In this document: in pieces, positions 1-13,800 of the stretch
How the letters are laid out: each line of letters starts with the position of its first letter
How positions within the stretch are numbered: position 1 is the stretch's first letter
Origin: Protoeuglena noctilucae
Taxonomy: Eukaryota
Direction: 5' to 3'
Assembly (NCBI GenBank): GCA_958009085.1
Contig: OY253679.1
Span: forward strand, 1 to 64,000
Length of the DNA: 64,000 bases
Position numbers and translations under genes: made by a program
The notes under the pieces: generated by a model
Databases searched by the model: none
What the model saw: only the letters and a program-made list of their open reading frames with translations
Told to the model about the DNA's origin: nothing

Positions 1-245
1 ACCTAACCCTAACCCTAACCCTAACCCTAACCCTAACCCTAACCCTAACCCTAACCCTAACCCTAACCCTAACCCTAACCCTAACCCTAACCCTAACCCT
101 AACCCTAACCCTAACCCTAACCCTAACCCTAACCCTAACCCTAACCCTAACCCTAACCCTAGCCTAACCCTAAAACTGACCCTAACCCTGCCCTAACCCA
201 AAAAAACTAACCCTAACCTAACCCTAACCCTAAAACCTAACCCTG
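1..245. repeat. Telomeric array (CCCTAA)n = TTAGGG type; perfect to ~160, degenerate to ~245
   Basis: Direct reading: uninterrupted CCCTAA units from base 1, then variant units (CCCTAG, CCCTGC, CTAAAA). The C-strand at the 5' end is the expected orientation for a left chromosome end. Confidence 0.98.
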
Positions 246-942
246 CCCCCACTTGTCAGCCCCCTCAGAGTGGGGGGCCCACCCAGCCCCCCCCCCGGTT
301 GCTGTGATCCTTACCGTGCTGCAGCAGTAGCTGTGGCGCTGCAGCCACCTCGTGCCACATCCCACGTGGCACCTGCTCCCTCTCCCGTCTGTATCTGATG
401 CTGCATGACCCCTCCACTCCTCCCCTCCCCTGGGGGGGTGTGTTTACAGTCCCTCAGGGGGCTTTTCCTCTCCAGGGCCCCTCGCCCTGCTCAGTAACTT
501 CCCAAGGGACCCCTCCCTTGACCGGCTCGCCGGGTCCAGGGCCTCGCCCTGTTTTTGGCTAGGCGGTGGTGATGTATGCTACACCGCTGATGCGACCTTC
601 CCTGGTGTTGGTAGCTGCTGGCCCTGGCGCTGCCAAAGCAGCTGAAGCCACTGCTCGAGGGCCCCGGGCAAGAGTGGCAAGAGATAGGTCAGCGACCTTA
701 GCTGTGAGCCTTGTTGAAGGAAAGTCAGTCAGGTGGCCGACGCCGACGATGCGGCCAATCGTCGGCAGCGAGGGTTTGCTTGTCACCATGCGTTTGAAAC
801 GCGCGTCTACTGAAGTGCAGAGGAACATTCTGTGCTAATATCTAGAGAGGTCCTATAATGGTAGGGTTAGTATGCAGAGAGGCGCGGCATGCCTGACACC
901 ACTACTCCCTTCCCACCCCACCCCTTCATCTCCCACCCCCCC

Positions 943-3900
943 TCACGCAACGGCCCCCGCCCCCGCCAGCGCCGCCTGCAGGCACGCCTCCACCTCCGCC
1001 TCCGCCCTGGCCGTGAGCACCCCCGTGGCCCTCAGCTCCTCCAGCGCGTGCCCGCACTTGGCGCGCAGAGACGCCCACGCCTTGGCCCACGTGCGGGGGG
1101 CGTCGTCCTTGGGGGGGGGAGAGAGGGTGGGTGTATTGGGTGTACTGGGTGTATTGGGTGTACTGGGTGTATTGGGTGTGGGGGATGGGAAAGGGGCGGG
1201 TGGGATGGAGGTGTGGAGGTGGGGGATGAGGGAGAGAAGCGGTGATGCACTGTGTCAGCGAAGAGGGGGCAGAGCAGAGGAGAGGGGAGCGAGATGCGAC
1301 ATGCACAGGGGGGATGCTGGTATGACCGCAGCTGTCACTGCGATCCCATGGCATTGGCATCGGCGTCACGCATGCGCATGGCCCACCATCATCACCCCTC
1401 ACCTCGCTGACAGCGTCGAGCATCCCCCTCTGTATGGCGTGCAGCATGCACACCTCCTCCTCCACGCTCGCCACCCGCCCCCTCTCGTGCCACAGCAGGG
1501 ACCGCGTCACGCGCGCACGGCTGCTGCGACGCACACCGGCGGCGCTGGGGGGGAGAGGGGAGTGGGGGGGATGGGAGGTAGGGAGGGGAGAGGAGCGAGG
1601 GTGGCATTGTGGCATGGGGAGGGGTGGGGTGAGGGTGGCACGGGCAGGGATGGGGTGAGGGGAGAGGAGCGAGGGTGGCGTGGGTGTGTGGGTGTCGTGG
1701 GTGAGAATTGGTGCATGGGTTGAGATACTGGCCAGCCAAACGCAAGCCATCCCACTTCCCTCACCTCTCTCCACTCCCCTCCCCATCCCAACCCCTCTAC
1801 TCTTCCACACCCCCACTCCCACTCCCCCTCACCTCTCCCTCCCTACATGTATCTTCTACTCCACCCCACTCCCCCACTCCCCCCCTCACCTCTCCCTCCC
1901 CGCATCGGCCGACGCCACCCCGTACCTCCCCTCGTCCTCCCCCTGCACCATGGCCAGCCTGACAGAGGGGGCGCGGTCCCTCAGCGCCTGCGCCGCGTAC
2001 GCCCTCGCCCCGATGCGGGAGAGGGACTGCGACGGGTCGGCCGCCGTGCCGCCCCCCTCTCTGCGCCACACCACCTGGCCATCAGTGATAGACAGGAACT
2101 CCTCGATGGCCTCGGTCGCGATGTCCGTCGAGGAATCGTTTGAATTGGAATTGGGGTCAGTTGACGCTTGGCTGTCCAGGGATGCCAGCAGGCGCGACTT
2201 CTGCTCGGGGGACTGGGGGGGAAGGGGAGGGTGGGAGTGGGTGAGTCGGTATGTGGGTATGTGGGTGAGTGTGTGAGTTGGTGAATGTGGGGGTGTGTGA
2301 GTGACAGGCGGCGAGTGTGCATACCACTCACCAGCGTGGTCATGCGCTCAATGGCCCTCCGCGCCTTGTCCCCCTGCGCCTGCCCCGTCGCAGGCACCCC
2401 CGGCAGCACGGGCACCAGCGTCAAAGACCCGCCCCCCAGCCGCCGGTGCATTTTGGCGGAACGCTGCAGCAGGGAGGCGAAGAAGCGGCGGCGGTGGGCG
2501 GCGGCGGCTGACAAAAGCATGCCCTCGTAGTCCACCAGGTCCGCAGTGGCAGGGGAGGGCGAGGTATCGCTGCCACTGCCGCTCTTGCTGACGGCACTGA
2601 TGCTGCCGGCAGCGTCGCTTGGACCAGCCCCACTCTCGCCACCCCCGCTGCCACTCGCGCCATCCCCACTCCCGCTGTCGGCAGCACCCACGCCCTCGCC
2701 AGCCCCGCCCTCGCCACCCGCAGCCCCGCTCGTCGTAGCTCCCCCCCCGCTCGTTGCACCTGCTCCCCCCTGCCCCTCCCTCTGCACCAGGAAGCCAATG
2801 CTGTCGCGGCCTAGGGATGCCGCGGCCCTGTGTGGGGGTGAATGGTGAGGCGGGGTGAGGGCAGTGATGGTGAGGAAGATGGCGATGATGGTGATGGTGC
2901 GGGTGAGGGTGCGTGCGGACAGGAATGGGGCGACAAAGCACAGCACGCCACCCACGCCTAACACAGCCACGCCGTTCGTCAGCCACATCGCCCCCATGAC
3001 TCACCCCATCTACACCAAACCTATCCCATGCACATCACCCCCTTCCTCATCTCTCACCTAACCATGCTCTCCCACAGCTCCACCACACACCGCGCGTCGT
3101 CCAGCACCACCAGCGCGTCACCACCCGCGTCCCTGTGCGCCTCCCCCACCGCCAGCGCCGTGCACAGAGACGCGTACTGCTCCGACAGGGGGCGGCCCGA
3201 CTCGCACGCCACCACCGTCACCTGAAGGGCGAGGGAAGTGGGGGGGGGGGGGGGGCGGTGAGGTGGATGCGGGCAAGATACATATATGCGATGCTCGCAA
3301 CACTGTGTGATGGATACATGCCATGTAGTTGCGATGCTCTTGTCACCATACCCACACCTGCGCCCACCGACCCACCCCACCCATCTACCCCCCCCCCCAT
3401 CCCACCTCCTCACCTGCCCCATGACCCCCGCTGCCTTGAGATCCGCCGCCGCCAGTCGAATCTCTTCGGGAGACTGCCCCACCGCCGCATACACGCACCG
3501 CGCGCCCCCCCTCGCCGCCCCCACCACAGCGTCGATGGCCGCTTGGGACTTGCCTGCCCCCGCCCTCCCCGCGAACAGCAGGCTCTGCCCCTTGCCCAGT
3601 GGAGCGAGCACGTCCACCGCCTTGACACCCGTGGTCAGGCCCGCGCATATCGGCTCTCTGGCGTCCATGGCTGGCTGGGCGTTGAGCACCGGGACGCACT
3701 GCTCGGACGCGACGGTGGTGCTGGGGGGATTCGAACTCGAGGCGCCCTGGGTCCACTCGCGGCCAAGAAAGTCCACCACGCGACCCGACAGCTCTGTTGG
3801 GTGGGATGGGGGGGATTGGTGGTGGATGGGGGACGGGTGAGTAGTGAGGGAAGTGGGGGAAAGGTGCGATGATGCGCTGTGAGACAGGTGCGATGTGTTG

Positions 3901-4778
3901 ACAGGGGAAGCGCTTCATCCTCCCCACCCGCACGCTCACCCCCCTTCACGCACACTCACCCACCCTCAACCCCCACCCCCCGCACTCTCCTCTCACCTCT
4001 CCCCGCCGGCACCAGCAGCGTCTCAAATTCCCTCTTCGTCATCGGCCCCTCGTCGGAATCGACCACCTGGAATATTGCCGCCACCTTGCACGAGACGGGC
4101 TCCCCCGTCTGTACCAGCTCCGCCCCGCCCACCACCAGCGCATAGCACAGCAGGTCGTCCCTGCGAAGTGGTTAGAGGACGTGTCAATGCGAAATACAGC
4201 CTATTGACTATAACGCATCGATTGCAGCGGTCGGAGACCGCAGCGGGCGCCGTCCGCGCGCGCAAGCGGCCCCTCCTCGCGAACGCAGCGCTCGCCTGCG
4301 CCACACAAGCGTCCCCGTCGCCCCGGAGAAGAACTGCAGCGTAGTTCCGATCGCAGCGTCTTCGTCCAGACCCTCGATGATCGCGAGGCCGTCCGCGCAG
4401 TAGAGGACGCGGCCGGTGTCGACGTCGTCCTGCAAAAGAGGGCCGGCGCGTGCGTCCGTCGCAAACGGGCGCCGCCGGGATGCGCGCCGTTACAAGCGTT
4501 CTCGGATGTGGCAACGACCGCGTCCCTATTCCCGCGGCGCCTCGCCTCGGCGATCTTCCGCAGCGTCTCGAGCTGGTTCGGGGACGTCATGCGCTCCTTG
4601 AAGAGCTGCATCTCCCGGTCCCAATCCGGCTCCTCGCCCGGACGTGTCGCCCCCTCCGCGGCCCTGCGGGCGGGGCCAGGGCGATCCCGGTCGCGCCCAT
4701 TGCGCGTGGGAGGCGCGTTCCCCCCTCTCCCGCCGCGGGGGAAGGGGCGGACACCCACGCGCGCGTCGCGGTCGCCAT
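943..4778 (-). CDS. Multi-exon, divergent F1-ATP synthase alpha-subunit-like protein (nuclear paralog); start codon uncertain
   Basis: Spliced peptides resemble F1-alpha: GRVLYCADGLAIIEGL, TGVKAVDVLAPLGKGQSLLFAGRAGAGKS (P-loop), CVYAAVGQ, GEAHRDAGGDALVVLDD, LLQRSAK..GGGSLTLVP, SITDGQV, SLSRIG. Last exon ends ..AGAGAVA* at 943. Confidence 0.85.
1128..1178. repeat. 9-bp tandem repeat (GGGTGTATT/GGGTGTACT) in the last intron of the F1-alpha-like gene
   Basis: About 5.5 alternating units read directly. Confidence 0.9.
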
Positions 4779-5292
4779 GAACGTTCCGACGCTAGCGGTT
4801 GCGTTTCTGGCCGCTGCGGCCCGGGCAGGAGCCCGTCGAATTCTGCCGGGCCCACCTTGCGACCTGGCTTGGACGCGAGCGGCGCAAGAGGGTGTATATA
4901 CATTGACGACGGACGAGGACGTTTCTAGTCACGGCCGAGAAGCGCCTCCGATCTCCGCCGCGACGCTCCGGCGCGGCTCGGGGCCTTGCCAAGCGGAAGG
5001 CCATGGCGGGCGACGGTCGGCGGGCGTGTCGGGAGATGTTTCGTCGTCGACCGTTGCGAGATTCACCGCCGCGGGCCTACGCGCGCGTGCTAGGGCTGCG
5101 GCTGGCGATGCGGGGCATCCCCGAGTCGGACAGGCTTCTATGCGAGCCAACGGCGTGCAGCGCCCACTGCACGGCACGCTCTCTATCATGCAGCATGCGC
5201 GGGATCCCGACCACGGCCGCCAGGTCGCATGTGCAGGTGCAGGGCAGGTGCAGGTGCCTGCTGCAGGTGCCCGCTGCATGCCTCAATCGCCC

Positions 5293-8200
5293 TTAATCGC
5301 CCTTCCCCGTCTCCTTCGGTCCGAGCACCCTCCGCGCGCCCCCCGGCGTCCCCGGCGAGCGATGCGGTCCCGGCGAGACCCCCGCGCCCCGCTCCCGCGC
5401 CGTCCCCGGCCCCGCAGGCCCCTCCCGCGTCCTCGCCACCACGGCCGGCGCAGTGGCCCGCGCCGGCACCGCCCCCGCCTCCTCCTTTGCGCTGTTGCGT
5501 CCCCTTTCTCCCGCCCGATCTGCGCCGGGACTCGCGGGACCCTTCCCGTCCGCCCCGGCCGCTGCGGCATCAAATGCCGCGTCCACCCACGACGGCCGCC
5601 TACGTGTGCCACCCCCAGTGACCCCCACAGCCCCAGGCACATCCGATGATTCCCGACTCTCCACTGCGCCACCACGCCCCGCACCCTCCCCCCTCGCCCC
5701 GCTCCCTCTTACTTCCCCACTGCCCCCCGCCTCCGGCCCCCGCCCCACCACCACCTTCGCAGTCACATCGGCATCTCTCTCACCCCGCCCCTGCTCTGCT
5801 TCAGTCACCACCACCCCCTCCTCGACGTCCGCACCGCCGTCCGGGCGCGGCGCGTCCCCCCCCGTGGCCCGCGAAACGTCAGTGCCCAACAGCGCCGGCT
5901 GTATGAAACGGCGCTCGAGGGAGGTGAAAGAGGGCAGGCGCCTGCGTTGGGGAGATAGAGATGGGGATTGGAATGCATATGGGGGGAAGTGTACACACGC
6001 CACCATCCGACACACCCACACCAGCACACCCACCGTCACTTGCCATGACCCACCCCACCCCCTCCCCATTCACCTGGCGACGCGTGACACGTGGCTGGAT
6101 GCCGCACGCATCGTGGCCTGCACGAACGCAGCCACGGGACCCCCCACCTCCGCATCCGCACCCCACGCACCCCCACCCGCACCCGCACCACCACCCCTCG
6201 CTCCACTCCCACCCCCACCCACACCCCCACCACCACCCCTCGCTCCACTCCCACCCCCACCAACGCTCCCAGCTCCACCGCTCCCCGACACCCTGTCTAG
6301 CACTGCTGCTCTGCGCCCCTCTGTCTGTGGCGGTGGGGATGGCCTCCCCGCATCGTTGCTGACGACGGGTGGGGAGCTGCCAAAGGACTGCGAGAAAGGG
6401 AGTGGGGTGACAGATTGTGAGTAGCGGGCATGCTGTGTTTGGTAAAGCAAACACCTTTTCACTCCATACATATCTCCACATACCAACTCAACCGCCCCCT
6501 CACCCACTCGACCGACCCTGCACCCCTCTCACCCGTCGCCAGCCCATCTAACTCAAGCACCCTCTCTCTCACCCTCACCCTGCCTGCCACCCCCATAGAT
6601 ACAGTCATCGTCCCACACCCCCACCCTCCCTCTCCCCCTCACCCGTTGCGACCCCCTCTGACCCCCATGCACACCCACCCCATTCCCGTTCCCCACCCCA
6701 TCCACCGTCATATCATCTCTCGACTCCACGACTGCCAGCTCCGATGAAGCAACGCTGGTGTCGAGGGGCAGATAGCGCGACGGCAATGCGTGGGGGGGGC
6801 TGGGGTGGGCGGGGGTGGCGCGGAGGGGGGAAGCACGCAAGCCCAACTGTGGGGGTGGGGAGGGATGGGGGAAAGGGGTTTGTTGTCTTGGTGAAGGCGA
6901 TGTGGGTGTCAAGGGTTTGTGGGAATGTGGGTGCTGTAACTGTATGCCCCTGCTCGCCTGTTCCACTGTGACGGGCACGATGCCCACGGTTGCATTGACT
7001 ATATGTGCATATATGCATACCTATATTTATACAAATACTGTATATGCACCCCCCCCCCCCCTCGCCTTCTCGACCGCCGCGTGGGACGTCCCCCCGATGA
7101 CCAGCACCGTGACGGCCGCGATGCCCATGGTGACGCTGAGGATGGCGCGGCTGGCCTCGGAGCCATTCAGATCCCGGACGGTGGAGATGGCCAGGGCGAA
7201 GGCCATGCCGCCGCGGAGGCCTGGGGGGTGGGGGGGTGGGGGTATGGGATCAATTATATAAGTATATACTATTGAATTTATGAAAGGGGGTCACGAGGAA
7301 TGAAAATTGGGATGAGGTGACGCACAAGCATTGAACCACCATTGGCTACCTAATCAACATAGCATTTCTTCCTATGCAGCTCTGACTGCAACCATCAGAT
7401 ACAACCATCCAACACCACCATCATCATGATCAAACCCAGCCATATCGCTACTACTCACATGAGAACCAGAGCATCTTCTTGTGTGCCTCCGGTATGCTCC
7501 TGTTAGCTGGCCTGGCCAGGTTGACCAGCCTCACCCCCGGCCACACATATGCAAATCTAGTTGCCAGCACGGCTGCCAGTGAAAAGACGAACAGCGCGAC
7601 GTGGTTCCACGCTAATCCGATCAAAAACATCGACACGCCCACGTACACAAACACGAACTTGTCCGCGCCCAACGCCAGGATCCTGGGGGGGGGAGACAGG
7701 GGGTATGGTGATGGTGATGGTGATAGTGGTAGGGATAGTGATGGTGACAGTGATGGTGATGGTGATAGTGATAGTAACAGTTGTAATAATAACAATAAAA
7801 ACACATGCAATGGCTCACTTGAAGAAGGCGAATGCCGCTTCCCGTGCCCCGTCCGACAGGTTCTTGACGGTGTACCTGGCCATGCCGATCCCCGTCACCA
7901 GGATAGCCACGATCCCCGACAGCTCCAGCCCCTCCGCCAGCATGTAAGCGACGTACGCCCATATGGCCAAAAGCGTCGCCTCTAACAGGTGGCCATGCTC
8001 GCTGCCTGGGGGGAGGAAAGGAGGGTGGTTGATGGGGGACTAGTTACGGAGTGCTATAATGGGGATCATTGTAATGTATTATCCATAATGTATTGCAAAG
8101 TTATTCATAAACCAATATAATTGACAATGATCACAGCTGCCATTACTTGAAATGGTAACTACAAAAAAGTACATCAAAAACATGAATACCAGCATCCAAT

Positions 8201-10139
8201 CTCACCTTCCCTGGCCCGGAACGTCCCCCACCGGAACTGCAGGGCGGAGAGCACCGCGATGGCGGCCCCGATGCCGATGGAGCCCAGGAAAGTGGTGAAG
8301 AACTCCCCCGAGGCACGGCCGATCGCGGACCAGGAGACCTCCTGAGATGAGGAGATGGGTGCGGTGGAGTGAAGTGTGACGGGTTGATGGTGAAAGAGGG
8401 AGTGAGGGAGTGAACATGTTGATTTACCACATCCGTACAAGTGTGAGTGCATGCTAGGATGTCTGATTCAGACCCATACCCTCACCTGCACGAGGAAGCG
8501 CTTGAATGCCCTGTACAGCACCATGGCCACGGCATCGTTGAGGACGCTCTCCCCAAACACCAATGCGTACATGTCCTCGTCCACTCTGGGGGGATGGGGG
8601 TGACGATGTTCATGATAATTGATATATAGTCGATATGCATAGAAAACTATTCATAAATGTAATAATCAACGTCAATTAATTATTAATTACTAATAATTAC
8701 TAATAATACATTGATAATGTGACATGCAACGCGCATCCACCACCCACCCAGCCCCCCTCGCCTGAGCATTTTGAATATGTTGAGGACGGTGACGGTGTCG
8801 GTGGCGGAGATGACGGCGCCGAAGAGCAGCGACTCGACGAATGTCAGTCGGAAGCACAGGCGCATGGCGCCCAGCAGCCACATGACGACGCCCACGCCCA
8901 CCGCAGACACTGGGGGTGGGTGGGGGGGAGGTTTGAATGGAGCGAGTAGCAATGGATACGTTACTAGTAATACACTGATTGCTGGATGTGAAGCACAAAA
9001 GCATGGCACCCAGCAGCCACACAACGACGCCCACGCCCACCACAGACACTGAGAGGAGGTTATACAGGTGCGGGTACGTAGTTACCGATGCGCTGTGAGT
9101 AGTGCTAAGCAGTTCCGTATCTAAACCAGTTGATAAAAGTAGTATTAATACTATTCATAATACCGACTGTCATCTTTGTCTCACCGAGCGTGCCCCCGAA
9201 TGCGAAGAGGAGGATGGCCCCGAAGTTGTTGCTGAAGGGGCCAGGGTCCATGGTGGAGCCGGACTCGAAGATGATGGGGGGGAGAAGGAAGAGGAAGAAG
9301 AACTGGGGGGGGTGGGGGGGGGGTATGGAGGGAGGAGGCGAGTGTTAGTAGTGATACTAGTAGTAACAGTACTAATATATGCACCATACCATGCTTATGT
9401 ATCATAACCACTAAGTTTGTTTTATTCATAATAACACACGCCAGCCATGGTCCTCAGCACCTTTCTCTCAACAGCTCTGCAAGCCTGCTTCGCAATCAAC
9501 ACCGGTCTTGCCCATGCACACTGCCCACACCGCCCCCTTTCACACCCACCGACCCTCTCACCTCCGGGCTGAAGGAGAGGAACTCCGTCTGCCTGGTCTC
9601 GCTCGCAAACGCCGCCGTGATGGCCCCGGCGACCATCCCGATGACGAGAGAGGACGAGGCTTCGGGCATGTACCGCGCGATGCGGGGCGGGAGCGCGTCG
9701 TCGATCCAGAAGCCCAGGACGATGGCCGCGAGGAGCAGAAGGAGCAGAATCATGATGCTGAAGGAAGCGATGGACTGGGGACGGAGAAAAGACGGCGAGA
9801 TGCGAGAAAGAGTGGGGGAGCGCTGGGCGGGGGCTCGTGCACGCGCAGGGCGCTGCGCAGCGGGCGGAAGCGCTCCAGATGCAAATACAGTGGCATACTA
9901 AGCGCAGTCATTGCGATATTACCGCTGTAGTCGCTAAGCCGCGCGAGTGCGGGTGGCGGGAGAGGGCGCAGCGCTGAGAGGCCGCGGGCGACGCGCGCGG
10001 GGGCGATGGCCCTCGGCGCCGCAGCGAATGCATGACAGGCCAGAGGTGATGCGCGATGGATGCGGCCGCGGGTTGGTGTGGCGCTGCGGGGGCGCGCAGG
10101 CCCATCACCAGCGCCTGAACTCGCCTCGTGGCTCTGCAT
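5293..10139 (-). CDS. NHX: Na+/H+ exchanger, CPA1 family, endosomal NHX5/6-like; multi-exon, with a long low-complexity C-terminal tail
   Basis: Exons encode FFLFLLPPIIFESG, FGAVISATDTVTVL, YALVFGESVLNDAVAMVL, AEGLELSGIVAIL and WFSGLRGGMAFALA. The first exon (MQSHE, GC donor) is tentative. Confidence 0.93.
7704..7800. repeat. Intronic (GGTGAT/AGTGAT)n then (AAT/AAC)n low-complexity repeat
   Basis: Read directly in an NHX intron. Confidence 0.8.
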
Positions 10140-10865
10140 GAAGCCCTCTCGCAAGGCAGGGCCCACCGCTTCGGGCGAGCCCACCGCTTGCAAAAGCTTC
10201 CACATCCTGCCGGCCGAGCCATCCGCGCGCAGCCCGCGGCCCGAGTAGCCAGGGGCTCGGACCGATCGGGCTGACCCTTTCGCCCGCTGCGCTTTGCCGT
10301 GCCCGCGGGGCGCCCGCCAGATGTCAGAAAGCGACGGAGGTCAGGTCCCGCGGCCCTCTTCGACGGTCCCGAGGTCGCTGCACTACGACCTCGGGCGGCA
10401 CGACCCAGCACGTGCTTTGCTACGCGATGCGCGGGCCGGGAGCGCTCGGCAGCGGTGCCCGTAGCCGCAGGGAGACCCTCGGAGTTTGTCCGTTTATGGC
10501 GTTGCCACTAAGCCAGGAATCAAGAGACCAGCTGCACCTTTTCTGGGTACGTACCCTCATCAGTGCCTACCCGCTTGAATAGCGCAAGAGGGGCGACTGT
10601 GACGGTAGATGAGATGGGGACGAGGCGAAGGCGGTGGGTGCGACGCGGTGGGTCTGAAGAAAGTATATTGTGTCAAGAGATCATGACAGGACAGCGACGC
10701 GCCGCGCTTCAAAAGTCCCGGCCGGGCGACCGCTGCGCCGCAAAGAAGCGAAAACGAAGAAGGAAAAGAACCGAAGAAGGCTCTGCCGGGCGCGGGGAGG
10801 CGCGGGGAGGCGCGGGCGGGCTGTGGGAGGTCAGCGACCTGGCTTGCACGCGCGCTTGTCCCCCT

Positions 10866-13800
10866 TCATGCCCTGCCGTCGTTGCCCAACCCCAGGACGT
10901 GGGTGCGGTACATGCCGAGTGCCCAGATCGGGAAGATATTCCTGCGGAGGATTCAAACCGGGGACCTCTTTTGTTCTGCACTAGTTCAGAGTAGCTGATC
11001 ATGGGTTGCCACTGCCACTCCAATCCCCTCGCCTGTAGTTGGAGTAGCTGATCATGCAGTTGCGGTTGAATACCCCGATGATCTCCTGCTGCGGCCAGTC
11101 CCCGTCGCTGCACTGGGAGCGGAGGAGGAAGCGGGCGGCCGCGTCCAACGGGCGACGGTCCACGCGGTGGTAGCCGGCCTGGAGGGGGAGAGGAAGAGAG
11201 CGATGATTATAATAGATTGTGTGATAATGACATGTGCGGTTTTATGAATGGTGTCAGATAATGCGACGGTCCACGCAGCGGTAGCCGGCCAACAGTCCTG
11301 TGCATTCCCAATCCATCCCACCTCAAACACCCCATGTCATCTCATCTTACCTCCATGAGTGCCAGCATGGCCCAGGCCGTGTTGACCACGTGGCTCCTCC
11401 CGTCCGGCAGCTGCGTGTACTCCTTGTCTTGCGATGAGAGGTACGACTCGCCCCAGCCGCCGTTGTCCCTGGGGGGATGGGGGAGGGATGGGGTTAGAGG
11501 GAGTGGGTTGGAAGGGGGGAGTGGGTAGTGTTCTCTACAATCGTATCATCCACTCAGCACTCCCGTCAAAGGCCCTTTCCCCTCCCACTCCCTCACCTCT
11601 GCTTGCTGAGGAGGAAGTTGACAGCATCAACCACTTATTCACGCTCACCCCACCCCCCACTCCACTCCCTCACCTCTGCTTGCTGAGGAGGAAGTTGACC
11701 GCCTTGCGCATGTGGGCGCTGCTGTCGTAGCTGAGACCCAAAGCTGCCAGGCACGTGCACCCGAACCACCCCGCGTAGGTGAAGCACACGCCCCAGGATC
11801 CGTACCATGATCCATCGGGGCGCTGGGAAGACTCGACGAAGGCACGGCCGCGGCTGGGGGGGTGGGTACAGAGCGGGGTAAGGGTGAGTGGGGTGAGGAA
11901 GTGATTGGGGGGTGAGGGTGAGTGCGAGGGGTATACATGTCAGTGGGGTGACTGCATTGCCTTGGTATCACGTGCGTGGATTACATGATAGCAATTGCAA
12001 TAATACTGTTACCCATTAACCCCCCACTCACCGCAGCGCCGCGTGGATCTCCCTGGCCCTGTGCCTGGGGAAGCGGTCGCGGAAATAACACAGCGCCGTC
12101 ACACACGCGGTCGAGCATTCGACGTAGGAATAATCCACGATGATGTCGCCGAAGGTCTCCGCGGGGTTGAGGATCTCCAGCGCGTGGAAGGACCTGGTGT
12201 TTTCGTACGTCGCCCACCCCCCGTCCGCGTTCTGATATGACAGAATCACGTTCACGCACTCTTCCAGGCGACTGGGCGGGATGTGCTCCCCCACTTGGTC
12301 GGGCGGGTACTTGAGCATGGCCAGTGCTGCCTTGAGCCCCTCGGAGGAACAGTCGCTGATGGGCCAGCCGTGGTCTTGGGTTGAGAAGGGCCACGCGCCG
12401 TAGCTGATATGGCTGGGAGCGGAGGGGGAGAGGGGTTTTAGAGTGAGAGTGGTGATAATGAAATGTGATGGTGATAATGAGATGTGATGGTGCTATGGTC
12501 AGTGGTGGTCTTGGGTTGAGAAGGGCCACGCGCCGTAGCTGATGTGGCGTGGGGGGGGGGTGAGGTGGGGTGGGGTACAAAATAGTGTTGGTAATAACAA
12601 TAACAATAGCAGCATCTTGAGAATACTAATAATATTAATATTAAATAAATATAATGGTGGCAACACGGACTTAAATATCACTCATCAGTATTATTATTGT
12701 AATTGATGACAACAGATGCAATACATCACATATGCAACAACCGCACCCAACAACTCACCGGTACGCGTCCCTGAGGGGCTCCTGCGCCTCCGTCATGACC
12801 TGCGACCTCTCCAGGTAGGCGTGTGCCTTGCGCATCATGGGCATGAAGTGGGCAAGGATGTCGGAACCCACCGCGTCGAAAGCCTGGGGGAAGGGGGTGG
12901 GGATGTATGTATATTCAATAATATTAATATTAATAAGTATTTTTCATATGGAGGGGTGCTCAGCTGTGGCGCAGATGTAACTGGCATGGAACTGGCTTAT
13001 ACTCATTTTGATACTGTATTCGATAGCATCACGAACATGGCCCCTCGCCTGCACCGCGAATGCCGTGTCCCACAGCTGGCTGCCGTTGTATCCGGTCATC
13101 TTCAGGCCGTCCTCCGCCAGCCACAGGTAGTCTGCGTGGGCATGGTGGGTGGAACAATTACTATTATGTTTTATCGAGCGAAGTATAACGCTCACTAAGT
13201 GTGCTATCTATCTCTCTGCAAACCCTGGTAACCCCCCCACCTTGCACCCCAGGCAAGCGCTCTTCACCCACATTCAACACACCCCCCACCCACACCCCAC
13301 CCACCCACACCCCTCCCACTCACCTTGCAGCCGCGGCAGGTGTTTCTTGAACGCCAGCCCCGTGGGGTCCTCGAAGTAGCAGCAGAGCATGTTGATGACC
13401 TTGTTGACGGGGCCAATGTCGATGTAACGCGTGTTCTCGTCCTCGTAGTGCACCAGCCGCATGACCTCGGCACATGCGCGGTCGCTGGGTGGGAATGGAG
13501 AGGGGAGGGGCATTATAGCAAGAAGTAAGTAATGACGAAACAACGCTGGTGCTGTTAAGACGACTGCCGAGTGCCGCGTGCACCCAACGCATGGCAGTGT
13601 TCATCATTATTAATGTAATTACAATCATCATTACTATTAATGTCACTATCATTCCCCACCCACGCATATCCACAACTCACCGTATCCACTTGAGGGGCCC
13701 CCTCAGCAGCGGCTCCCCCACCCAGTGCAGCGTCCACCACAGCACGTCCTGCACCATGGGGTGGGGGTAATACAAATCCTCCTTGGCGCACGTGTTGCGG

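Noticed and set aside
559..838. Opposing 89/90-aa subtelomeric ORFs
   Set aside because: No recognisable motif, and this length is expected by chance at this GC content.
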